From NCBI RefSeq assembly GCF_009914755.1, contig NC_060930.1: 64,000 nt of DNA; one strand, 5' to 3'. The position numbers and the translations under genes were made by a program. Below are positions 1 through 12,520 of this stretch, one piece after another (the stretch's first letter is position 1; every line of letters begins with the position of its first letter). The DNA comes from the human T2T-CHM13v2.0 reference genome, Homo sapiens. Below the pieces are notes generated by a model. It had not been told where the DNA came from and searched no databases. It worked only from the letters and a program-made list of their open reading frames with translations.

Positions 1-582
1 TTCATTTTGTATTCCAGCAGCAATGAATGAGAGTTCTTGTTGATCCACATTCTCACCAGTATTTGGGTTGTCAATGTTCTGAATTTGGGCCATTCTCATA
101 GATATGCAGTGGTATCTCAATGTTTTAATTTGCATTTCCCTGATGACATATGATGTGAAGTATCTTTTCATATGCTTATTTGCCATCTGTACATCTTTGG
201 TGAGGTCTTCAGCCCATCTTTTAATCAGGTTGTTTTCTAATTGTTGAGGTTTGAGTTCATTGTGTAATTTGGATAAGCATTCTTTATTAGATATGTCTTT
301 TGTAAATATTTTCTTCCATTCTGGGGCTTGATTTTTCAGTCTCTTGACAGTGTTTTTCTCAGAGCAGAAATTTTTAATTTTAAATGAAGTCCAGCACATC
401 AATTCTTCCTTTCATGACTTTGGCATCTTACCTAAAAAGTAATTGCCAAACCCAAAGTCATCTAGATTTTTCCCCCATGTTATTTGTAAGAGTTTTATAG
501 TTTTGAATTTTACATTTAGGTCTGTGATCCTTTGAGTTAGTTTTTTTTTTGAAGAATGTGAGGTCTGGGTCTGGATTCATTC
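1..582 (-). mobile_element. Old LINE-1 fragment (L1MB/L1MC-like, ORF2 3' part), cut by the window edge
   Basis: Antisense L1 motifs (GTGGTATCTC..TTTTAATTTGCATTTCCCTGATGAC; CAGAGCAGAAATTTTTAATTTT; AGTTTTATAGTTTT..TTTAGGTCTGTGATCC). Confidence 0.8.
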
Positions 583-1299
583 TCCATTATCTTTTATAGT
601 TAATTAATCTCCAAGTATCTCTGAGAAACTATTCAAATGTGTTTTATTTCTGCCATTTCTTCTGTCACTGAAATCCTCCCTGTTGTAAATCACATGTCAC
701 AAAATATGGAAAACACACCTTAAAACATTATAAACATAGACATACTATTCTCATTCTCAATGGGGAATGAAATATCCTAAGACAGGCATTTGCTCAAATA
801 TGGATTCTATTGGGATTTCTGGCCTATGAACCTTCTCTATTGTTATAAACAAAATAAGAGAAGAAAAGCAGTATTTCTTTGACTTATCTCTGACTTGAGA
901 AAAAATAAAAAGATTTAAAGAGAGCAAGATAAAGTTGGGGGAGGAGGAGAGGATTAGAGAAGAAATAGCCTTACACATATCATCACAATCTTGTTCCCAT
1001 TTACAAGGTCACAGGAGGTAGGCTTCAGTCCAGAGTATTCCTTACTCATTTATAATCTAAGACAGATAGCCAGAAAAATAGAGTAGCTTTGGAAATAATT
1101 GAGTCACTATAATGGGCACCAAATTTTTTTTTATTATTTTTTCCTTTAAGTTTTCCAAATTATGTTTTGTCAGTTGGACTATAATGATTGTCAAGGGCAT
1201 TTAGTGATGGTTTTAATGAAGTATCTTCAAGACAGTGGAAATCTTTCATATATGTACAGTATGTTTCCTGAATACCATTAACTGTCTTATTGCCTTACA

Positions 1300-1800
1300 T
1301 TTATCATTCAATGAATACTTATTAACCACCTACTTTGGGTCAGGCACTATGTGTGATACTGTGTAAGGCAGTGATAAATAATACAGACAGGGATCTTCAG
1401 TCTGGTTAGGGAATGAGATAATAAACATCGAAATATGTAAATAATTATGTAAGTACAAACTGAGAAGAATGCTAAATATCAAATTAGTAAGGAAGAATAG
1501 GCAGAAATAACTTTGAAGACATAGCATTGAAAGTGTGATGGGAGTGATAAAAAGCCATGTGAGAAGGATTTGTAGAGAGAACATTCCCACCAACAAGAAC
1601 AGTTTTGCACTGTTCCTAAGACAGGATGTATGTAATGAACCAAAAGGAGCTCAATTCAGCTTCAGCATAGTGAGAAAGGGAGAGAAGAGAGATTATATTA
1701 CAGAGGTTGTCAGGGAGCTATGATCCAGGGTCTTTAGGTTAGGTGGGTGATATGAGTATCACCCTAAGTACAAGGAGGAACCAGGAAAACTTTTAAATCA
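1300..1800 (-). mobile_element. L2 LINE 3' fragment
   Basis: ATTCAATGAATACTTATTAACCACCTACTTTGGGTCAGGCACTATGTG resembles the reverse complement of the L2 3' end, followed by degenerate L2 body. Confidence 0.6.
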
Positions 1801-2419
1801 TATCATAGCAACCCCAAAACTCAGGCACAGTGGAAGGACCACTTTGAGGTAGAAGGAAGGACATCCTTGTATTTAGGGGAAAAGAAAGGGACCAGAGTCC
1901 CTTTGCTATTTGTGGACTTGCTGATGGAATGCCTTTTGAAGCTCCCTTTGGATAGCTGCTACCTTCTTAAATCAATGAAATAAAGTCACCAGCTGATATT
2001 GGGGAATATGAGGGGCAGTATAAGAAGAAGAAAAAAAAAATATGTAAATCACCAGAAAAACAACGAAAATTGATGCTTCAACAAAAATGAAACTAAGAGT
2101 TCAATAAACTATTTTCTCCTACTGCTGTTTTTCAGAAGAAAATGGTGTTAAATAGTACCCGTGTAAAATCCAGCATAAAGTAAATTATGTTTGTTCAAAA
2201 TCAATTAAGGAATATAGGGAGTATTTCTGTAAGTCTACACTGTAAGAACCAGGATACTTACAATCCTTACTTTCTTAGTTCAGAATCAGTATTTACCTTA
2301 AGGGACCATAGTGATAATAGAACTGTACTGCTGCCCTGTCTTCCTCATTTGAAAAGAATGCACTAACCCTAACTTTTTTCAGTATAAGTTTTTAAACTGC
2401 ATGTATATAAAAACATTAC

Positions 2420-3816
2420 TCTTAATTTTAAAGAAAGTTTTTACATATTTTTAAAATTATAATTCATATTCATAACATTTCAATAAATGTAGAGGTTTAG
2501 GTAATAAATTATAAAGCCTTTTCCCTCACCCCCCAAAGTCATTTTTATAGGGAAGCCAATATCATCGCTTTGGTATGAAACCATTCACACTGTCTTCTTT
2601 GTTTATTGAAGCATGCACAAGTTTTTGTTGGCTTGTTTTTATTTTGCTCTTATATTAATGCAATCACACTAATCATTGTTTCTATAACATTTTTATCAAT
2701 TAATGTGTGACTTTACAAGTCAATATATCCAAACCTGAATTATTTGTAATGACTGCACGGTATCCTCTAATTTATATCTTTCATGTTTTGTTTAATCTTT
2801 GCTACTTTTATGGCAAATTAGGTTATTAATTAAAACAATGCTGCAAAAAATATCTTTGAGCCTATATCATTGCATACAGATGCATTCTTAACATCTGTTG
2901 GCATGACAAAAGAGTAAAAATGGAGGGCTTCATACCATATGTCTAAATACTTAAAGTTATTAATCAAGTTAACAAGCTGTAAACAAAATAGATTCTATCT
3001 TCCTGCTTTGACAAATATACCCCCAGAATGACGTGGAAAGGCAGCTTGAAATTTTTAATCTCAGATGTCTTGGTCCCTGGCCATTTGCCTGCCACCGGCT
3101 CCACTTCTTGTTCTACCCTTGGGAGAGTCTTATAATACATGTGGTCTTGTGCTCACATGTGGACACTCCAGTCCTAGAATTCGCTCCATCTGCACTCTTC
3201 TCATAGACTTCCTTTCCACAAACACCCTCCAGTTGATCATTCCTTGGGCCTAGTGGTACTGGGAGAGGACAAATTAAAGAAAAGGCCCATTTACAGCCTA
3301 AAAACTGACTCGGATAATTTGACAGAAAATCCTTAGTCCATGTAGATGGAATGTGATCCAGGGTGGGGTGAGGAATCACAGGGTCCAAGATAACTTGTTT
3401 CTTGACTCCAACAACTCTCTACCCAACAGGGAAAGGCAAGTAGGACCGGCCCCTTTGAAGAACAGGGCCAGGAGCAGGGTTCCTCTGACCTGAGTCTAAG
3501 GGCAATAGAGATTGTACAGGTAAGCATTAATTTTAGTAAGACAGATGCCTAGTAGTGGAATTGATGGCAAAAGGATGCAGTCATTTCTATTTGGAAAAAC
3601 CCTGTTTCATGCACCAAAAATTGCTAGCTATCTATATCCAACCGATGATGTGTAAGAGAGCCTTTTGCTTACACCCTCATAAAAATTATATGTCTGTGTG
3701 TATTTTAAGTTTTGCTGAACTAATGAATTAAAAATAATACTTCATTATTTGCATTCGTATTGCCCTTAGTGGTGAGCTTTATATTTAACTGTATATTTTT
3801 TGTGAAATGCCTGTTC
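2420..3816 (-). mobile_element. Very old L1ME-like 3' fragments (2420-2890 and 3530-3816), interrupted by a DNA transposon
   Basis: Degenerate antisense L1 3' motifs (AACAATGCTGCAAAAAATATCTTTG; GCCTAGTAGTGGAATTGATGG) on both sides of the insert. Confidence 0.5.
2895..3510 (+). mobile_element. MER115-like non-autonomous hAT-Tip100 DNA transposon
   Basis: CATACCATATGTCTAAATACTTAAAGTTATTAATCAAG..TTGACAAATATACC and 3' GGAGCAGGG..GTCTAAGGGC match my recall of the MER115 consensus. Confidence 0.55.
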
Positions 3817-3821
3817 ATATT

Positions 3822-4177
3822 TATCTTAGTCTACTCAGATTGCTATAACAAAACATCTTAGACTAAGTAATTTGTAAACAATGGAAATTTATTGCTCATA
3901 GTTTTGGAAATGGGGATCAAGATCAAGGCATCAGCAGATTCCATGTCTGGTGAATGTTTACACTCTACTTCAAATATGGTGCTTTTTGCTGTGTCCTCAC
4001 ATGGTGGAAGGGACCAGAAGTCTCCCTCAAACCTCTTTTATAAGGGCACTATCCCATTCACCAGGGCAGAGCCCTCATGACCTAATCACCTTTTAAAGGT
4101 CCTTTTAATATTATCACCTTGGGTATTAGGTATCAATATATGAATTTGGAGAGGACACCAGCATTCAGAGCACAGCA
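3822..4177 (-). mobile_element. MLT1A/MLT1A0 solo LTR (MaLR)
   Basis: Full LTR reverse complement (TATCTTAGTC...CATTCAGAGCACAGCA); perfect 5-bp TSD ATATT at 3817-3821 and 4178-4182. Confidence 0.85.
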
Positions 4178-5784
4178 ATATTGTCTTTCTTAGGAGAATC
4201 ACTATTTTTATGGTTTAGCCAACAATTTTCATTTGTTCACTTTAGATTCATTTCAGCTTTTATTTTCACTGATTTTATTCTCCAAAATTACTTTAGGTAC
4301 ATTATTTTTGGTATGTTTCTAGTTGCTTAAGGTGATCACTGATTTGCTTTCCATCCTTGTTTTCTTAATTAAAAGCTTTTAAAGCCATATATTTTAGTCT
4401 AAGTGCAAGCTTTAGCTATGTGACATTGGTGTCCATGCAAATTACTCATATTTTCATTAATATTTATATAATTTTAAATTTAATTTTCAGTTTATTTTTG
4501 GTCCAGGAATTTAATTTTAAAGGGGTTAATTTTTTCTAATTTTTAATTGTTCATTTTGAGATTAACTGAATTATGATAATCAGAGACTCTGGCTTATAGT
4601 TCTACTTTTTGGAATCATCATGATGCTTTCTGTGACACAGTACGTGATCACATTTGGTAAATATTCTACTGGCAAAATAGTCAAAGTAGACTATGAATAG
4701 GAAAAGTGTTTGTGCATGATATACCAAAAGTATTTAGAGCAGAAGAGTAGTATAAAGGATTGTTATTCCAAGGAAAGGCCACTGAAGATACAAATATAAA
4801 AATTTTGCTTGTAATGCAAATATAAACTTTACAAGGATAGAAAAAGATGAGAGCAAATATGCTGAAACCAAAGCAGCATATAAGACTGTAGCATGTAAAT
4901 CCAGTCAGGAAAAAGGTCTGTAATGAATATACACAAACACACAGGGTTCTAGCATTAGAGGAATTGAGCTTAGGAATCAAGGATACTTCCAATTAAAAAA
5001 AAATTAGATTTTAGAGTCAAGATACTCAGCTGTCAAAACACAGAGTAGAAGTCAGCGTAACTCTAAGCAGAAAGTCAGACTTGATTTTGAATTAGTATTT
5101 GGAAGCTTCTTATGTCTTCCCCACTTACGGCATAGTTGTTCTCAGAAGAGAGAGCAGAAATAACCTGATGCTATTCTCATTTGCTTGTTTGAAACCATTT
5201 TAACATTTTTATCTTTAAAAAAGCACTGTTATGTTTAGTTCTGTTACAATATTTTTATATATTCTTTCCCACATATGTGTAGCATAAGATTTGGCAGTGA
5301 GCTTGAACAAATTAACAGAACAGCTGTTAATCTTGACTTGTACATTTAAATACATATATTTAAATATGAGAGAAAATAAGTTTCAGGAAAAATTTTCAGT
5401 TCATATGCAAGAAACACCCATAAATAAAAATATCTAAGAACAGACTATAGCAACAAGACGGTCCAAAGTACATAGCCTTAAGTCTAAACAGACCCAGACT
5501 TCAATATCATCTCTACCACTTTGCATGGTTTTCTCTATCTTGAAATCTTCTGTGACTATTAGCTGGCTGCAGGGGACCATCTACTGTAGCACAGATAATG
5601 AAAACATGCTAACTGCTAACTCTCCCCCCTCCATATATCACATTGCAAACTTGTTAAATTCCACGCCTGTTAGTTGGTACATTAGTTCAATACACTAACA
5701 TCTACTTAACCAATGGAGCTTACGAACAGCCTTCAGTAGTTCAGAGGTCTTCAATCTGCCCAACACAATGCTGAAGAACCTAGA

Positions 5785-5984
5785 CAAGGATTTTTCAACT
5801 TCAGCACTAATGGCATTTTGCTGAGGGCTTTCTTGTGCCTTATAGAATGTTCAGCACCATCTCTGGTTTTTATTCCTTGAATGCCAGCACCATCTCACCC
5901 CTATTTACAAAGACCAAAAATGTCTTCAGAAATTGTCAATTGACCACTGGGTGGTGCAAAATCACCCATGGCTCAGAAGCACTG
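5785..5984 (-). mobile_element. MER20 (hAT-Charlie) DNA transposon
   Basis: CAAGGATTTTTCAACTTCAGCACTAATGGCATTTTG...CAAAAATGTCTTCAGA...AGAAGCACTG; ACCTAGA on both flanks (5778-5784, 5985-5991) fits a hAT TSD. Confidence 0.85.
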
Positions 5985-7286
5985 ACCTAGAGAGAACAGA
6001 AATGGCTATAAATTTTCCTCTACCAATGGAGAGGAAGTAACCTACTTTGCAGTTGTGTAATGGATGATTTCAGGATATATTTATCATTTGGCTTATATAT
6101 AATAAGTCTCACTCAGAAAAGACATGCACTCTTATTTTTCCATGTATTTTTAATATATGAGATTAAAACAAACTTTGAATTTAAGAAAGTATGGCCAACA
6201 GCCCAAATAAATTATTTCCATCTATATTAATCATAGAACACCCAGAAAAAAGTTTAATTGAACTTAAACAAAACTTTAATTTTATATGTTAATCTATTGA
6301 AGGTTATTGAAATTAATTCTAATCGCAGAATTTAGGGAGAAATATTTTGACGCTTCTTTAGACAACTTAAGGTATTTTTGACTGTCATGTCACCATTGTA
6401 GGAAATTGCTACTGCACCTTCTCACCATTCCTGGTGGTGCAAATAATGAATGATCCACTGTGGCCCATTACGAAAAAGACCATTGTCCACAATGATACAT
6501 ACCTTGAGGAAATTTAGGAAGAAAATACAGCCAGGCCAATCCACTCATGATCCTAGCTAAATTTTCCCCAGTTTTGGACATTGCAGCTAATCTGGGAGTG
6601 CAAACATCAATAAGAACAGACTAATCACAGTTCATTGATGTTAAAAATTCAGCCTAAGGTGATGGAATTTCAATCATAAAAGGCAAATTGTGCTATGATT
6701 TGGTATTTTAATAAGTAGTAAATAAATTAATAGAAGTATTTTACAGTCTCTAATGAGTAAAACAGGTCTGTAGCCATTAAAATTAGCCTAAAGACTCCAA
6801 GGAGGAGTACCTTTTATTAGACAAATAAAGATTAAGTCAATTATATTGGGTAATAAAACGGAGAAGCCAAATGAAGTATAACAAGCAATTGATGGTTGTG
6901 GGTTAATGGTATTCAGTATTACATGTTGGAAATATTTTACACAAAACAATTTTCCTTAAAAGGTGATTCAATCAAACAATCTTCTAAACAAGATAAACTC
7001 TTCTCTAAAGTACTGAAGATATTCAGAGAGTTCTTTAAATGTATCTTAATCTTTAGATGGAACATGTTTCTCTCTCTCTCGCTTTCTCCCCTCTTTCCCC
7101 TCCCAGGCTGTTACTACTTTTAATTTAGAAACTTCAGCAAATAATAGCAGTTAGTCCATCATTTCTCAATGTCAAGGTCAAGTCTGATGTGGGAATGGAT
7201 TAATAAGCTGAAGAAAGGAGACATCAGAAGAAATCATTGCTAACTTAAAAACTGTTTTCTGGATTTATCATATGACCAATAATGGG

Positions 7287-7380
7287 TAGCTGGGATTAGC
7301 TGAATGATAACAGTAATTAAATTCTATTTAATGCTAGCTGTGGATAGCTCAATGATAAGAGTAATTAAATTGTATTTACA
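7287..7380. repeat. Diverged 48-bp tandem duplication
   Basis: TAGCTG..TAGCT(G/C)AATGATAA(C/G)AGTAATTAAATT(C/G)TATTTA twice, period 48. Confidence 0.85.
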
Positions 7381-8771
7381 TTATTTTAATACTTCTTGAA
7401 CGAACACATACTCTAAACTTCAATCAAAATGAAATTTTCTAATATATTACTTGCTAATGCAGTTCTTTCTAAAAAGCTCTATTTCTTGAGACAATACAGA
7501 GATCTCAGATGCATGATAAAATGACATTTGAAGGATTGCTGATATATTTTGGAAAATAAACTAAAGGAAGAAAATGTCAAATATATATCAGGACAAAAAA
7601 AAGTATCAGTATTAAATGTAAGTGAAACAAGAAATAAAAACGCTGATTAGAGTGTCAATAAGAAAGTATGGAAGCAATATAAAATCCAATAGGGATTTTC
7701 TACCACCAAACGAGGATATATTTGTGACTGTTATTATGCTGAGTGATATTGCATCATATATTTCTACAAGTGCCTCATTTGTTGGTATTTCATAGACATA
7801 ATACATATCCTAAAATCAGAAAGTTAGGCTGATAGCATGAAGATTGAGAGATTAGGAAGAGACAGGTAGAAATGAAAACAGAATAAATCAAAGTCTAGTG
7901 AAATAGGATAACATAATAAATATTCTGTTAAAAACATGTTTTATTCTACTGAATAAAAAGTTAAAACTGGGAAAGATAATAGAGTGATGATGTTTCTAGG
8001 TCCTCCAAATGAAGGGGAATAATTTCTAAACACAACTATAAGTTGCCGAACATTTATAATTAATAAAAAATTGTGTAAATGTGAGAAAGTTTCCAGTAAA
8101 GGCATACTAAATCATTCAAATTAACTCTACCAATGAAAACAACAAAAAAAAATAAAATATTTTTATTTTAAAAATCACACTAGCATTGAAGAGCTGAAAA
8201 TTAGTTAAACAATTTGAAGTAATTGAAGAACTATTAATGTCATACTAGAAGAGCTGGAAAGTTCCACAAAATATTAAAATTAATTCAGGCATATAGAAAT
8301 ATTACTAGATACAAAATAAATATTAAAATAAATTATATATCTGCATAACAATAATAGAAAAATATTTTTTAAATAAAGTTGTATCCAAAATGTTAAGTAC
8401 ATATAAACAAACTTAAAAAAATATTGGTTAACACTGTTCCATTTAAATCTTCTCTTCTAGACCTTCTATTGCTTCTGTAACAAATACCCTATTAGAAGTA
8501 GTGAAAGATGTTTTTGCTTTCTAAATTGTTCTCACAAGTAAATTGCTTTGACATGAATTTTGAGATCAGATAAACTTTTGTTAAATTTAAAAATTAAGAA
8601 CGATAACTCATTTAATTCATTTATTTCTTCAATAAACATTTACTGAATACTTCCGACTGGATTGGCTCCCTGATAGGTTTCATATAATAAGTTCGTAAAC
8701 AGAGACTTGAAGTAAAGAAGAGTAACAAAAAAATTTAGCAAATAGTAATGGCTTAAATTTTACAATCCTGT

Positions 8772-9081
8772 GGCAGGGTGTGGTGGCTCACACTTGTAAT
8801 CTTAGCTCTTTGGGAGGCAGAGGCCAAAGGATAGCTTGAGGTCATGAGTTCAAGATCAGCCTGCACAACATAATGAGACCCCATCTATACCAAAAAAAAA
8901 AAAATAGGAACACGTTAGCCAGGTGTGGTGATATGCTCTTGTAGTCCCAGCTACTGAGGAGGCTGAGGCAGGAGGATAACTTGAGGCCAGGAGTTTGAGG
9001 ATGCAGCAGTGAACTATCACCATTGACTGCACTCCAGTCCAGGTGATAGGGCGAGAATCTCTGAATCCAAAAATGAAAAAA
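8772..9081 (+). mobile_element. AluJ
   Basis: Dimeric Alu with AluJ diagnostics (GGATAACTTGAGGCCAGGAGTTTGAGG), heavily CpG-decayed. Confidence 0.9.
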
Positions 9082-9249
9082 TTGGAAACCCTTAGTTTCT
9101 TCATCAGTAATACAAGCATAATTACAAGCCTTCACAGAACAATTTTGAGGATTTAGTTTATTACAGTGGATCCTTCCGGAAGATTCTCATGTCTCCTACT
9201 CCTTCATGATTTCTCACATGCTGTTCCACGTGTGTCTCAGATGCCATGT

Positions 9250-9597
9250 GTGCTGTCCCATCTCTCTCAGATACCAGTTCTTTCCTCTGCTGTATTTCCT
9301 ACATGCCAAACTTCTGCTCCTTTTCTTAAGGCTCAGCTGATGAATTATCTACTTAGTAGTTTCCCAGCTTCTCTAGGCAGATTTAGGTGTTCTCTGTGTT
9401 TCTTTAAAGCTTTTTTTTACCTAGCTCTCTTAGAGAACTTAACACTTTGTATTTTCAATCTCTAGCCATGTATCTATCTCCCCCACAATCTCAGAGCCAT
9501 TTGAGGAAAGGAACTGTGCCTTATTCATGCCATTTTTCTTACCATATATTTCATGTTGCCAGGTAGGTTAGCACTAAATGTTACCTGAATAAATAAA
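9250..9597 (+). mobile_element. L2 3' fragment (short MIR piece upstream at ~9090-9160)
   Basis: TTGAGGAAAGGAACTGTGCCTTATTCAT..CACTAAATGTTACCTGAATAAATAAA, L2-type 3' end. Confidence 0.5.
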
Positions 9598-10419
9598 ATG
9601 ATAGAATTTTAGCATTATAAAAAGTTTGATGAAATTATCAAGAAAAGACTAGAAAATATTAGAGCTAATAAAATATTTGATGAGTGTGAGGTCCTAGAAG
9701 TACTGTGTAGTATCAAAGGAACAGCTAAGGTCCTCAGTGAAACTGTAGCGATTCCAGAGATTATCACTCAGAGTGGGTTTAGCTTTTTTCTATAGATTTC
9801 CCAAGTGGTATAAATATCATTTTGGAATAAGCAATTGTTTCAAGGGTACTTTTGCATGAAAGTTTACCTGCAAGAAATTCTTTATTAACATTAGCATGAA
9901 GTAACACATTTCTCATCCACAGCAATCAGGGAACGGGACTCAAAGGAATGGCAAGCAAGATAAAAATATTTAGAGTGCTGCAAGCAACTTTCATGAATAA
10001 ATACTGATCCTTAGTTAACTAAAATTCCCTATTCAAAAAACATTTGTTACACTTTAGAAAAGCTAGATGAAAACATTTTGCTCAGGAAGACCATTTCAAA
10101 TATATGCATTCTTTTTTACTTTCTAAGTATGAGATAGAAACTGTGTATCTCTAAAAATGTATTTTCTAGGTTGAAGACCATATCATTCTGTTAGGTTTGG
10201 CAATTTCTTTCATCTTTGCTTCTATCATTCTGGATGTTTATATCAAATTTTCCAAATCAATGATACTATATGTATATATATAGAATCACCATTTTTTCTA
10301 CCAATTCAAATACCCATAGGCAGTAACAAAACTAAAAAATTTGAGTAATTATGTATACACTTGTATTCTAACTCTCAGGGAGAGTGGAGAATTGAAGGTG
10401 ATATCCTATAGAGACCAAT

Positions 10420-10575
10420 CCTCTTAATCACTGTGTATCTTACACAATTTCCTTAACTTCCTGAAGCCTCAATTTTTGCATTTGAAAACTGTCAATAATT
10501 ATATCCACCTAGTAAGGCTAGCATAGGAATATAGCTCATGTAAAACATTAGTATAGGCCTTGACACACAGTGCCA
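10420..10575 (+). mobile_element. MIR
   Basis: MIR core CCTTAACTTCCTGAAGCCTCAATTTTTGCATTTGAAAA. Confidence 0.6.
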
Positions 10576-10699
10576 GGGACTAATACTTTGTTGTATTGTC
10601 ATTACTGATTACAGAAAACCTCATTACAGGCACTATACTAAGTTCCGAGTGGTAAAATGGTTCCAATTTGAGTTGTCTGCTTCCTAACTCTGGAATCCA

Positions 10700-10985
10700 G
10701 ACTTTATCGGTAAGGAAGTATCCACCTGCAAGAAATGGAACTTCTGCCTAAACTCACGTTAAATAAAATTTATTTTGTCACATAATAAGTTCAGAGATAG
10801 GATTGCTTTCATGCTTGCTTAATTAAGATGCTCCACTTTGTCATCAAGAACTCAGGTTATTTCCATCTCTACTCTACCATAAACAGGATCAATTCCATGT
10901 TATACCTGATTGACTTTATGATCTTAGAACGGCTTCTATAATCAAAACGGCCAAATAATCCTTGCTTAAGTCCAATGTAAAGAGA
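10700..10985 (-). mobile_element. Old MLT1J/K-like LTR fragment
   Basis: AAGTTCAGAGATAGG..GTCATCAAGAACTCAGGTTATTTCCATCTCT resembles antisense MLT1J/K; boundaries approximate. Confidence 0.45.
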
Positions 10986-11051
10986 GTGTCAGAGATTCTT
11001 GATTGATTGACTGATTGATTCCAACTTTTGTGAACCTGAATTATGAGCAAT

Positions 11052-11215
11052 CCTCTCTCCTTGTGTCCTTTTTCCTTTTCTTTTTTCCTTTTTTCTTCCC
11101 TTTATCCTAGCTTTATTTTCCTTTCTTCCATCTTTTTTCACTCCCTTTTTTCCTCCCATTCTTTACATTTTTTATTCCTCTCTCATTCTTTCTTCAACAG
11201 TAATTTTTTTTTTAA
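11052..11215. repeat. CT-rich low-complexity tract
   Basis: Nearly pure pyrimidine run of about 160 bp. Confidence 0.85.
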
Positions 11216-12339
11216 CTACCATAGGTCTGTCGTTGTTCTAATTCCTAGAAATGTAACAGTGCACAAAAATCCTGCTCTCATGTAGCTTGCATTCTAGGGC
11301 AGTCAAGTTACTCCCACAGCTAAACAGATCACTGACCAGAAGAATTTGGTGACAATGGTTAGAGACTAACCAGTTGGAATGAAATGGATAATAGGGAGAC
11401 TACCATACTAGCCTAATACACCTCAAAAAATATTCTTGGAACTTCTTATAGGCATCAAATCTTCAAGCATCTCAGAGTCTGTGGCAGGAGAAAATCATAC
11501 CATGTCCTGTTTCTAAATATTTGCCTCATTTTCTGTGTCCCACAGACAAAAAGTTACTCAATGATATGCATTACATAGACATTACCAGATATATTTGTTT
11601 GTTATGTTACAATATGCTGTTAGTAAAATTTAAGCTCATTTTCTGTGGTCATCTTTTAAAAATTCCAGACCTAGCATTTATCTTGTTTTATTATGTAATA
11701 ATAATTTAATCCTTTAATCATAGACTATATAGTCTACTATAATGGTAATTTTTAAGTGCCTATTTCATTAAAATTTTATGCTGCACACAAGACCTATAAG
11801 TTCCTGCTGCTGCAGCAAATCATTTCATAACTTTATCTAATAACAATGTCTGGTGGTGATTTTCAATTAAATTGAGTCACTCATAATGCATCAGGTTAAA
11901 TGGATCTGAGCCAAGTCTTGCTGTTTCGATTCCACATATAATGTGCCTTCATGATCATGCCACAGCAGGGTTTTGCCTCAATTCCCACCTCATCCTAAAT
12001 CCCACTGGAGTAAAGCAATATGCAAATATGCCAGAACTAAACTGTAAAGTTTTTCTTTAAGGATAGAGTATTTCAGTTCTTTTGTATGAATAGAGCACTA
12101 ATATAGTGGTCTGTGCCCAGTACTCATAGACTAAAACTGGATTCCAATAAGGATTCATTCATGCTATGATCAATTATAGTCATATATTAGGGACCACTTG
12201 GTGAAGGCAGAGAGAGTTGGAAGGATTCCAAAAGGATCAGTGGTATAGTGCACTCACTCCTTTGCTGCCATTTGCTTTCTGTCATTGTTATATTCATATC
12301 TGAAGTTATGATATAAGAGGATAGAATGTGTATGGTTAA

Positions 12340-12520
12340 TATCATTCTATCTCTAAAATACTACCATGTAATGAGCTCTTAATATGTGTCCTTAACTCAT
12401 TTCATCCTTACAAGAACCCTAGGAGACTAATATTATTAACCCCATTTTACAAATAAGAGGCCTCAGCTCACAGAAATTAAGAAATGTGTCCAAGGTGCTA
12501 CACAATTTCCCAGCCCAGCA
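12340..12520 (-). mobile_element. MIR
   Basis: CATTTCATCCTTACAAGAACCCTAGGAG..CCCCATTTTACAAATAAGAG..GTCCAAGGT. Confidence 0.7.

Noticed and set aside
7066-7106. Strong-looking + strand acceptor (39-nt pyrimidine tract then CAG|G); similar ones at ~29079, ~29330 and ~54119
   Set aside because: No recognisable coding frame and mostly no convincing partner donor; likely simple CT-rich tracts
11721-11736. Perfect 16-bp palindrome TAGACTATATAGTCTA; short hairpins at ~56894 and ~60005
   Set aside because: About one such palindrome is expected by chance in AT-rich 64 kb
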